In this document: one piece after another, positions 12,087-22,425 of the stretch
Position numbering within the stretch: the stretch's first letter is position 1
Layout: every line of letters starts with the position of its first letter
NCBI GenBank assembly: GCA_002633005.1
Contig: NMRA01000114.1
Location: forward strand, 58,724-122,723
From: Phoronis australis
Taxonomy: Eukaryota; Animalia; Phoronida
DNA length: 64,000 nucleotides
Direction: 5' to 3'
The notes under the pieces: generated by a model
Databases searched by the model: none
Seen by the model: the letters and a program-made list of their open reading frames with translations, nothing else
Told to the model about the DNA's origin: nothing
Position numbers and translations under genes: made by a program

Positions 12087-15000
12087 CTAAGACGATTTCA
12101 GTAATCGAAAGCCAGCGATTATCACCCCAGACAACAGGACAAGTGTCCCTACTATCCAGCGCATTGGCAACTGAGAACTGGTTTCGTCACCTGCAAAAGA
12201 AAAAGCAACATCGAGAAATTACCTCACCCAGCACCCAGCAGTATAGCAAAACTCGTCATGGCTATATGGCCGTTGACAAAAAACCACATTGAACCAAGTG
12301 TGACCTCTCTTGCACAACTGGTTAAAATGTTCCCGTAGCTTGTTTAAAGGCCATACTTTTAATGCTACTGTAAAATTTGCTGAATTGTTCATTGTCTTTG
12401 TGTTTCGACATACTGTAATCAACAGATCAAGCCAATCCCTTGCTAGTCTGACTAACAGTTTTACATAGAATTTCAGGTTAATGTCGTAACTCACTAAGCT
12501 CAGCAGTGACGGCGTTGGCGGTTCCCTCAGATGGCGGAACCACGATAGGGGCGACGCTGAGACAAGAAAAAAGCGACCGGATGGGGAGTGATTGGTGCAA
12601 ACAAAAGCGGGGCCAGCAAAAACTGGTGACGACTGGGGGGCGATATAAACAGTTGGGGACGAAAGAAAACTGGTGACAATCAACAGGTGGAGCAACTGTG
12701 GGGACTGGAGTTTGGGGGCTTAACATAACTATTGTCGATAACGTAGGGACTGAGACTGGTGGCAACCGGGGTGGTGGGGTGCGTCACGACATTGGTAGCG
12801 ATTGAGGGGGTTGTATCATTATTTTCGCTCTGCGCAGCATTAACCTTAGCAGGTTTGAGCTCTGGGGAAAATCATAATTTGAATCTTGGCGAACACTTGC
12901 AATAGAATATTAGCGTGTTGCATCCTGCCCAGTTTTTTCGATTTCATAAGTAGAAGGAAGACTGAGGTGTGAATCAGGACACCTTGTACAATGTGCAACT
13001 AATTTCTAAAGAATTATTAGGGACCAGTCTCTAAGGGATCTTATTAATATACATAAAGAATACGAAAGCGAGACTATGAGCCGCAACGTGATACACAGAG
13101 CCTAAACTTAAGGTCACAATTTTTTTTGGTATTGTGACCTATAACTTGAATATTTAGGTAAAAATGAAAGGAAGACAATTACATTCACAGGTAATTTTCC
13201 CAAACACACTGTTTGATATACTTGATTTTATTTATCAAAAAGTATTGAAATCGGCTGTGCAGTTCCATTAGAACCACAGAAACACCGTTAAAGGGCCATC
13301 GACTGCATCTACTGTGTGCAGCATCAACAGCGAGACGATGTGTTATCTAAAGCCTAGCGTCCTCCATCGCGTCATATGGTCACTTCCTAAATTATTTTTC
13401 TTCGTGGTGGTCAGTGTTTAGTCGGTGCTTAGAATCTTGTCTGACGACCAGACGACTCAGGTCCCCACTCTCTGCAAATCAGTTTAGCACCGTTTTCTCT
13501 TTGTCAATGAATACGCGAATAACTTTTCAGATAGGTCTATACCTTGAAACCATATGCACGCAATATGTATTATTCAACGCCGTGCGCTTTCGCTTGTAAC
13601 CGTTCATAGGTTAACCTCGTTCGGCCTCCTCCGCGCATTCGGCTTTAAACAAGTAAAAATGTAGTCAAGTTCCTAGTAGTATTGTCTTCCTTCGCTTGAA
13701 CGTCGTGTGATTTGACAAATCTATTAGGTGTCGTTACTTCCGCATTTCAAAAGGCTGTAGGGAATTCATGAACCACCGTTTGTTTACTATTTTGTTATTA
13801 CTCTGAACTATCTTAACTCACATAAGCAGTGTAAAACAAAGACAAGTGCACTGTCTGTAGGATTAGACTTGCATCAGTGTCGCTCATTTAGTACGAGCTT
13901 ATCACCAGAGCAGATAGGAAGTAGGTTTTATGAGTTGTAGTGACTCAGGGAACGTAAAGCAAAAGACAATGGCGCCCAGGGGAACAATATATGCCCTAGT
14001 TGGGAGGCCCAACCCACCTGGCGGCCGTTCTTTATGTTCATTTTCAAATACTGGATCGACTCTTTGTGGTTCAAAAGATTCTGTGCTGACATCTCTTGCT
14101 TGTATTGGCCAGTTGTCACAAATGTCTAAATCTGTGAAGCAGAACGATAAAAATTTCAAGATGAAGCTACACAACTTGAGGTAGACGATACACTGAGGAT
14201 CCCTGTAGGCTACCTCTCAGTAGGTTTTAGCTCGTAATAGAAAGAACTCAATACGTTAATTAAGACATTGTGCGTCTAAGTAAATTCTTCCTCAAAGCCT
14301 ATAAAACGATGCTGGAGGTGCTGTCTACCTGTAAATTCCTAAAGAAGAAGTGTTTGGATGTTGGTTAAAGTACTTTATATACTGCTGAATCAGCACCTTC
14401 CCTCCACAGAACCCGCAAGATACTACTGGAAGATGGATTGAATGGAGGGAATGTGTATCCTTGTTGCTTATGGGTTGCTGATAGTTGAAGTGAGTCGTGA
14501 GTCCAAAGTTTCTCTTGTTTTAAAACCGTGGGACCGTTATTTTATACTAAATCCGCATGAACCTACGTTTGAATGACTCAATCGCGTTCTGACAGACTGC
14601 GAAGACGAGAAGCTAACCGCCTAGGTTGAAACACAAGCGAAGTCTCGCTCACAGTTACGAGCGTAATAATACGGGCTTCACTTTCACCAGCACAACCCAC
14701 GATGTGTAAGTCCTCGCAGCATGCAGTGCGTGAGGTAAGCGGCGAAGACGAAGGTAGCCTGAGAACATCAAATCCATAGACATAGATGTCTATGATCAAA
14801 TCTCTGTCGTTGGCTCGTTCTGACGGTACGTATAACATGTACGCTGTTTTATTACAGCAAACGTTTCTGGACCTATGTACTGTATGAGCTGAGCTATTGA
14901 TTACTCGAGAACGACAGCTCAGATTCCTAAGGGTTTTCTAAAAAGACTGACGCATAAAATGTGACGCCGGGACAAGCTCACTTTTAGAGCCTAGTTTCAA

Positions 15001-16622
15001 GCAATAATGCACTGTCAATTTTTTGAAGTCTTGAAATCAGCTCAAATTTCACCAAGGAACGATTTGAGATAAATGTTATAACGATAAGGAAAAGTGGTTC
15101 AAATCAAAGTTGTTTTCTGTGATGGAAGACGGGGTTATAGCGGCTTAAATTGAATGAGTTTGAGTGATCTAACTGCTGTCCGTAGATCAAAACAGGGTAA
15201 ATCCATTTACTGAGTGCATAGTTTCATCGTCAGAGAAACATTGCTTATGTTGCCTAATGCGTTCTGTCCCTCCACGGTGAACGAGTATTCAAACTGATTT
15301 CAACACAGTAGTTTACGGGTAAGAAACTAGTGCTTTCCAAATCGTCCTTTACCTTAAGCAATGTTTCGGAACGAAGTGGCACGTATCAAGTCCATTACGT
15401 GATTCTAGACAGTAATGTTTCACTAGCTATATAGATTGCCATTCCTTTGCCTTATATCGATTAGACCAGAAAGCTACTATCGGCCATTCAAAAAATAGGT
15501 AATGCATCGACAGCATATATTGATATTGAACACCTCTGCTAAACACCTTTCCAACCACACAACTCATTACGCTCTCATATGGTGTACGTATAGTTAAAAA
15601 TGTATTAAATATAAATCTCATGTATGCCAAATCTAAGATCAAATTAATTAGTTAGTCTAAATTGAGGTGTTGCCTTGCACAACGCACGAAGATCACACAA
15701 TAACGAAAACCAGGTGTCATTTTGTCATTCCACCGCATTACCACAGGCTTACAATACTTGTATAAACCTATGTGTAGAACTAAAGTGAATTTGATAAGTA
15801 CAGACAAGCATTTCTGTGGAGAAAGCTCACTTCTCTTCTGGGTGTCTGTGGGATTTGTCTATTCTACTCAAGACAACGAAGGCGTCAGTCACACGTCGTG
15901 TGCAAAGAATTAAGAGATTGTCATTTGTAAGGAATTGAAAGTTCATTTCTCATGAAGATCAAGCTCAGCGCCTAAAATGGCAAGCAGTGCCAAGTAGTAC
16001 GAAATGTTAGTTCTTTCAAAGATCCAAAATCTTCTCAAATTTGATAAACTAGCAGTTTGAGACCAATTTCATAAACGGAGATTAGTGACATCCATTTAAG
16101 TGCTTCTTTTTTCGCCAGAGGAACTTTAATTGTGTTACCTATTGCATCCTGTTCGTCCATGGTAAAGCCTGATGAACTGAACGTCTGTTGTAGATGTTGA
16201 TTGTAGTAGCTACTCTGTCTCTCTAAACCAGAGATCGCTCCTAATGAATCCAGCCTGTGTCCCTTTTGTTCCAGTACGTTTTTTGTCTCCGGGTAGTACG
16301 GTTTCAATTTTTTATGATAAGACTTTTCTGACAAACATTTATCCAAAGCTGTGTACAATACGTGCTTCAATTTCTTTTCCAACACATTGCACAGGCTTTC
16401 GCTCATGTATACCAAACACACGCGACTGTTGTGCAACAAATATTCAATCTTTTCCATTTCATACACGCATGTGTCCGGAGCACATGTTGGGTCGTTATAA
16501 AAACTCCCATTTAAGCGTTTGTTCGACAGTTCCGTGCGGAATGCCTCGACGCCGTCCATGTCATCTTCGTGGAATAACAGAACGTAATCGAAGTTGAATA
16601 CCTGGTTGTCGTTGTTAGACAT
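12087..16622 (-). CDS. TICAM (TRIF/TRAM)-like TIR-domain protein with predicted C-terminal tail anchor
   Basis: Exon 16622-16139 has FDYVLLFHEDD, IEYLLHNSRVCLVYMSESL, VLYTALDKCL, KLKPYYP and LGAISGLERQSSYYNQHLQQTF, which parallel remembered TRAM TIR motifs. Phase-1 exons follow at 14131-14018 and 12190-12087 (DETSSQLPMRWIVGTLVLLSGVIIAGFRLLKSS*), all with canonical splice sites. Minimal product 233 aa. An extra exon region at 12861-12495 is unresolved. The TIR call is firmer than the exon linkage. Confidence 0.7.
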
Positions 16623-17340
16623 GACTGGAACAGAAATGTGCAGGTAACAAACTCTTAAGCATCCAAACTCAAGTTCAGCACAATTTTCGCGAGGGAAACT
16701 AGTGTTTCCCCAGTCCCAGAGGCATTCAGTTAACTAGAACGAAAACATTTAATTTATTCGTAAATCGCCTAAATTGGCATTGCATCAGGCCCCAGGCATG
16801 TACGTGACTCTAGATGCGCTTATACTTAAAACTGTCACAAGCTATAGATTGTCACGCTTTTCATTCCTTTGCCTTATATCGAGAAGACCAAAGAGCTCTT
16901 GTCGGCCATTTTCTTGTCCGATAGTCAAATCAACAGGTATACATCGGCAAGAATGAAGAAGAATCCACGAAACCACTGCAATTCCTCCAAACGCAACCCA
17001 ATACACTCTCATGAGGTAAGAGTAACTGTTATGATTGTATTAAAATACCTCATGTTAAGCCTAACCTAAGCTGATCTGCTCTTTGCTTACAGGTGTATAG
17101 TCTACTTCAGAGTACTCCCTTGCAATAAACACTTCGGTCAAACAACAACAATTAAACATCAGTTGCCATTTTCACTTCATCTCACAGTCATAAGACCTAT
17201 AAACCAATGTTAGTGCTACGAAAATATAGTCGATTACTAATAAGAACAACTTTGGACGTAACTCACTTCTCTTGAGCTCCTGGTATGTTAGGGCAATAGC
17301 TATTCTAGTCACAACAGTAACAAAGGTGACAGACACATCA
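15285..17340. repeat. Diverged direct duplication (~15285-15900 vs ~16655-17340) flanking the TIR exon
   Basis: Colinear shared words GAAACTAGTG, TACGTGAxTCTAGA, CATTCCTTTGCCTTATATCGA, TCGGCCATT, CTCACTTCTCTT and CTATTCTA at an offset of ~1.4 kb. Confidence 0.8.
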
Positions 17341-20300
17341 GAAAAAATCCCGGGTCGACCGGATAACGAATAAGCTATTTGATTAGGCAGTGTGACGTAG
17401 TAAGCTAATTGTTCCGTTTTCTGTACTCGAGGTCGTGGGCTCATATCCCAATGGTCCCCAGTGCTAAACCCTCGAGTCAGGTTGATAAATAAAACATTTG
17501 GTTTCACGTGTTTCGTGCGGCGAACTACCTGCCCTGTTTTTTGTATTGCGCAATAATTTGCTCCCTATTACTAGATGCCTTACTCTTCATTTGTTAGAAG
17601 ACTAATGAAATGTAACTTGAACTCTGACTTAAAATTCTTAACTCAGTGAATGATACTCTCGAGAGGCACAAAAGGAAACGCGGTGTTAACAGTCTACTCA
17701 CGTACTAAAATATATTCTAATGTATGGACGCTGATTTCTTTGTGTTTTTTGTGGACAATACTTTTAGATCTATTTTTTCTTAAAGCCCCACCAGCTATTT
17801 ATTTGTTTTCAAGGACATGCCAACAGTAACCGTGGTGCGGCAGTATGCAGTCATCATAATGCAATTCTAACTCGATAAGGGTTTGAATTTCTAATCAATA
17901 CAGTTTTTAGGTCACTAGTGTTTACTTAGTCGGGAACACTTGAAATGAAAAGAGAAACTGCGTTTTCCAGGAATTTGGTATCACGTGATGCAGATTTTGA
18001 ACAACAATACGATATGGTGTGTTTATCATAATGGTACGATTGTAGCTACCTAAAGCCGCTATACCAACCAAATACTGTGGTGTGGAATTGCCCACCAACT
18101 TCTTGGTAGTCCACTGATCATCCAAAGCAACGTCGTCAGTGGCGTTCTAATTTTTTGGTTAGAAATTTGTTAATAAATTGCCTGTAGCGGAATTTTCCTG
18201 ACGGTCATAGTGCCTTGACTACTGGACTAGCCTGTCGTCAAATGCAACTTGTAGGGATACAATCGGCGTGAAGATGACTAAAATGCCAAAAGTTGTCGTG
18301 AATCAGACAACACTTCAAAAGTTTTCTCAGACAACACTTTAATAGTTTTCCAGAACTTTTTCATAAATTTGGTTCGATTTTCTTACGTGCTTGTGTTTTT
18401 CTTTTGCTAATTTATTTTTTGGCAAAAATCTGCGAGACCAGGGTGCTCGCCTTTCCCGGCTACTGAACTGCGTCACCTTCAGATACCACCTCAGTGGCAA
18501 TTTCACTTAACAGTCAGTGAATTTCGGAAATAAGGAGTAACTACCAGCAACACTAGCTTAACACTGAAAACATTGGAAATGTTATCACTTATGATGATTA
18601 CAAAGTTTTTTTGATTTCAAGTGGATTTGGCAGTTTAGTAATTCCGAGTTTATGCGGCGAATGACCGAGTTCACTCGAACTCAGCGAGGGACTCACTCGG
18701 TTCAAATTACTCTAATAATGGAACCATTCTTGCACATCTAAAAACTTAGGTTTACGCTCAATCAAAAGTAATCAAAAATTAACGTTGTTTCTGGAAGATA
18801 AGAGGAATGCAAACCCACTCGGTTTTAGTACCAGCGGGAATTAATCTCGTCATTTCTGGAAATCCTTGTTAGCGTCGCACAGCTGTCTTAATTGTTATGA
18901 GAACCCAAAATGAGACAAAATTAACACAAATCAACGTACTTCGAATTAAATATTATCAGTGGTATTTGGTAAAAAAACAGCGGTTGTGCTGCGGCTTTTT
19001 GACAAACTCTCAACGGGGGGAGGGTCAGTTGCAGCTTCAGCGATAGGTTATAGATAAAACAAATCCTTAAACGCTACACGCTATGTAGCCAATTAGAAAA
19101 CTATGTAAACCTAAATACGTGGTACATGGACAGAGTAGTGAACAGTTTATAAATCAAATCTTTAAAATACTTTACAACAATAATTGAAATTAATTTGCGG
19201 ATCACGAGTGAGTAGAAAGACTCAGTTCATGACTAGAATGGCACCAGGGTCCTGTACATCGCCCCGACTCACCCGGACTCGACTCAAAACTGGATTTTAC
19301 CCCGGCTATATAGCATCTGGCTAAAAACGAAAATCGAATTAGGCCTTTTACTCTCATGAAATCGGCCTGATAATTTTCTTTACTGTGAACGGATTAGATT
19401 TCTGTACCCAGAAAGAACATCTACTTAGGAAAGTCGACTTTAGAATTTGTTACTGGGGTTGCTCAGACCTTATAAGCCGTTCAGTAAACATGCTATTTAG
19501 ATGCCGTAGATGCAGGCAGGAGAACTTAGTCACGAAATCGCCAAATCGATTTATATTTTGATTGATGAAATAAAGTAGTGCTAGTCAATATATGTGGAAA
19601 CAATGTTCTAACTTCAGTTACCTTCAATATTTTTTTAAGTATGGAAAATATATAGGTCACCTGACCAAAGAAGTTGTAGCCTTTTTGACTCTGAGAAAAC
19701 ATAACTGTATTTTGTACCAGCAGGTTGTCAACGTACGATTTTTTACTGGCCAAGTAAATTGACAGGATTTGATTTAGCTTAATCATTGCAAAAAGTATAT
19801 TTGTAGAGCGTAAAAAGTGACGAATCTCATTTACAGGTAAGCTTCTGAACTCTGGGCTATATCTGGTGGTCCAAAAGTTATCACCAGCTTCGTAAGTGTG
19901 CCAACTCTCATCTCAGTCTATTGGCAAGGACAGCGGGAAGTGAAACCGGCAGATGGGCCTTTGAAAACTGTAAAATCGAAAATGGCGCATCAGTGGCCCG
20001 CATTGTCTTCGACTTGAGGTTTCGACTCATTTATGTCAATTTTTAAAGTTTTTAAACCTCGATCAAGGCGACTGGTCTGACGCCTGAGTGAAAGGCACTG
20101 AGGGGACAAATCCGTTTTACAGTCCACAACGCCGCGTTCAGCGCACCGACTCGGCCGTGGATACTAAACTCTCAGTTTTGAAGATTTCCGCCAATCCTCG
20201 TTCTGTCACCTGTTATTGCATTATTGGCGTAAATCTTCTATAAGTTAAAGACAGGAATCAACTAAAAACTCACACTCATGTCACAGATTGGACATTATGG

Positions 20301-21127
20301 TCCTTGGTGGGTGGTATTTCCCACACTGTTGCCGTAAACTTCGCTAAACACGTTTGTATGCCCGTGCGAAAGGAGCAAATTTCGGTCTGTTCGTCTTCAG
20401 TTTGTCGAGGATTACACATAGTATCATTTTGTTTCAGAGAACTGAATGGAAAAGCCGTTTCAATATATGTTAATAGGCCAAAACCAGGTTTGGTATCCAC
20501 GCATTTAACCAATCACACAGAATGATCTGAGTCGGTACAAATTTGTATTTGCCATGCAACTGATTAATTCTCGAGTTGATTTTTTGATGTGAGATATCGC
20601 TCAGCTGAGGACTTGGCAATAAAACTGTAGCTGTATAGGCTGGTGTTTGAATTCGCCACTATAGGCGTTAATGTACTTTCAAAGATGCGCTTGTTGCTCC
20701 TTACTATAATGTGTAATGCAAGAATTAAACGAATCCCCGTTTGTCGAATTTGGCAAAAAGGTCTGCCTCAGTGAAACAAGAAGTAGGAAAAAACGATGCA
20801 AAAGTCCACTAGAAAGGCAGGCCGTGAATATTGCGCGGACGCACGTCTTTGTTTTTAGTAAAAGGTCCACATTCTCCGAAAATTCCCCCCCCCCCTCCCG
20901 TTTCAGGCTGCTTGTACGCATGCAAATAAGTGACCGTCACTTATTTGCAAATGTGACATTTGCATTAAAGATTGCACTTCGCTTGCTCACCCTTTTGCCT
21001 GCATGCAATGTTATTCGCCCAAGCACACGCCATAACCACGGTTCCGCCGTACGTGATTTGCAGTCATCAAGATATTTCGCCACAGAAGCAGGCGTTCTTA
21101 ACAACATTTGACAATTTTTAACCTACA

Positions 21128-21456
21128 TGTCGTGTTCCTAACTAATTTGGCCAAGCATAGGCACAGAGATAAGAATGCAATTAACCCGCTGTAAGTGCGC
21201 AGCAGGGGTCAGTGATGCCCTGGCCTGCACTCCAACCGCTCTCACCATCAGCTGAGCTCCTTTCGATCAGTTCTGACCTCATCATAACAGGTGTAACTGG
21301 CTTTATTTTTGTGTTCAATATCTTGTTTTTGCGTTGTGTAGGATTCGTTTTGGACCGAATCTTGTGATTCCAGCCACCGCAACCCCGTTGCGGTCGGTAA
21401 CGGTTCAGTTGCGGACACCAACTCAGGCCCTATTTGCAACTAGGAGATTGTATACA
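21128..21456. mobile_element. Possible solo LTR
   Basis: Starts TGTCGTG and ends TATACA, flanked by TACA on both sides (21124-21127, 21457-21460); internal minus-strand AATAAA. TACA is common in this window, so the TSD may be chance. Confidence 0.35.
21243..21293 (-). ncRNA. Degenerate type I hammerhead-ribozyme-like motif
   Basis: Minus strand CACCTGTT-ATGATGA-GGTCAG(AA)CTGATC-GAAA-G(GAG)C-TC-AGCTGATGGTG gives the core boxes, a 6 bp stem II and a minimal stem III. C3 is replaced by A and stem I is imperfect. Confidence 0.45.
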
Positions 21457-21499
21457 TACAGGACTCATATCTGCGCCGGGACTGAAAATGATTTTGTGA

Positions 21500-21900
21500 G
21501 TGTGAGGCAGCCGGCGCCGCGGGTGCGTCATGGGTCATGATGAGTCAGTGACTGGATGACGTCATGACGACTAAGCTGAAACCGTCAGTGCACCGGAGAC
21601 TGCCTTAAAAGGCGAAAGGGATCTCAGTAAAATAGCCGGTTACTGACTTGCCACGAGGCGCGTACGAATGACACTGGTAGAGGAAAATTGACTCAAGAAG
21701 ATACACGCAACGACTGCTGGGCTCCAGGAACGCCGGGGATCCCGGTGCTGCAGTGCGCCGGGGCCCGGCGGCCGAGGACTGGACCCGAGGGTCGAGTCCG
21801 AGATTCCCGCGAAGAGCGATCATGAGCCAGATAGTGTCAGTGTGACGTGTATATAGCTTTAGTGGCAATTGCAGGAAGAAATTGGCTCCGGAATCAGCTA
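21500..21900. promoter_or_regulatory. GC/CpG-rich block with an AP-1/CRE cluster upstream of SPEF2
   Basis: TGCGTCA, TGAGTCA (21541-21547) and TGACGTCA (21557-21564) within ~45 bp, inside the inverted repeat AGGCAG...CTGCCT; very GC-rich 21720-21815. Confidence 0.35.
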
Positions 21901-22031
21901 CATGCGCGCACCTAGCCTAAAATATAGGGGGGCTCGAGTTTTCAGTAACGAGTATGTGGACTTTTTACTAGTGGAAACCCGGCGGACTGGGAACCGCCGT
22001 CCCCCGGCCCGCCGGGGGGCTGCGACCTATG
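21899..22031 (+). mobile_element. Short dispersed repeat, copy 2 of 3
   Basis: CATGCGCGCACCTAGCCTAAAAT...GGGGGGCTCGA...GTGGACTTTT matches the copies at 5781 and 63882. Confidence 0.6.
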
Positions 22032-22269
22032 TTTAGCCAGAGCTATGAGTTGTGCATTCGCACAAAATTCTTGTGGACTTTTGTCTCGTTTTCTCGGACG
22101 TTTTGTTTCTCTGAGACGGATCTTTCTGTCCACTTCGCCAAATGGGGGGCTTGCATGAACTAACGACAATTGGTTAAAAAAGTTCTCAGTCTTCAATAAA
22201 TGAACTTGCCAAGGAAGTCAATGCTATGTCCAGAAGATGGCAGCGCATACAACCTTGTTACGACAATAA

Positions 22270-22358
22270 CCAATGAGCAGCTCTGATACATAGTGCTGTG
22301 AAACGACCAATCAAATACGCTGAGATAAAAGCGGTAAGTCCAACGTTTCTATGACAAT
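22270..22358 (+). promoter_or_regulatory. SPEF2 proximal promoter: two CCAAT boxes and an RFX X-box
   Basis: CCAAT at 22270 and 22307; GTTTCTATGACAAT at 22345-22358, ~70 bp upstream of the ATG. RFX control of ciliary genes is established. Confidence 0.6.
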
Positions 22359-22425
22359 CTGCCATGTTGGATTTTTGCTTTCTTTGACAAATGTGAATGA
22401 GTTCTTGATATTTTGACGAGTTAAA

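Noticed and set aside
14567-14621. Possible extra TIR-gene exon (AVSFSSSQSVRTRLSHSN)
   Set aside because: Open in phase 0 but has an immediate stop in phase 1, the phase of the flanking junctions.
17016-17092. Apparent + strand mini-intron followed by AATAAA
   Set aside because: No coherent + strand ORF, and the same bases also read as splice signals on the minus strand.
20920-20965. Octamer motifs ATGCAAAT and ATTTGCAT suggesting an snRNA enhancer
   Set aside because: No recognisable snRNA sequence nearby on either strand.
21205-21280. C/D snoRNA-like reading on the + strand (GTGATGC...CTGA)
   Set aside because: Box C is imperfect, the site is not intronic, and the minus-strand hammerhead reading explains the CTGA better.
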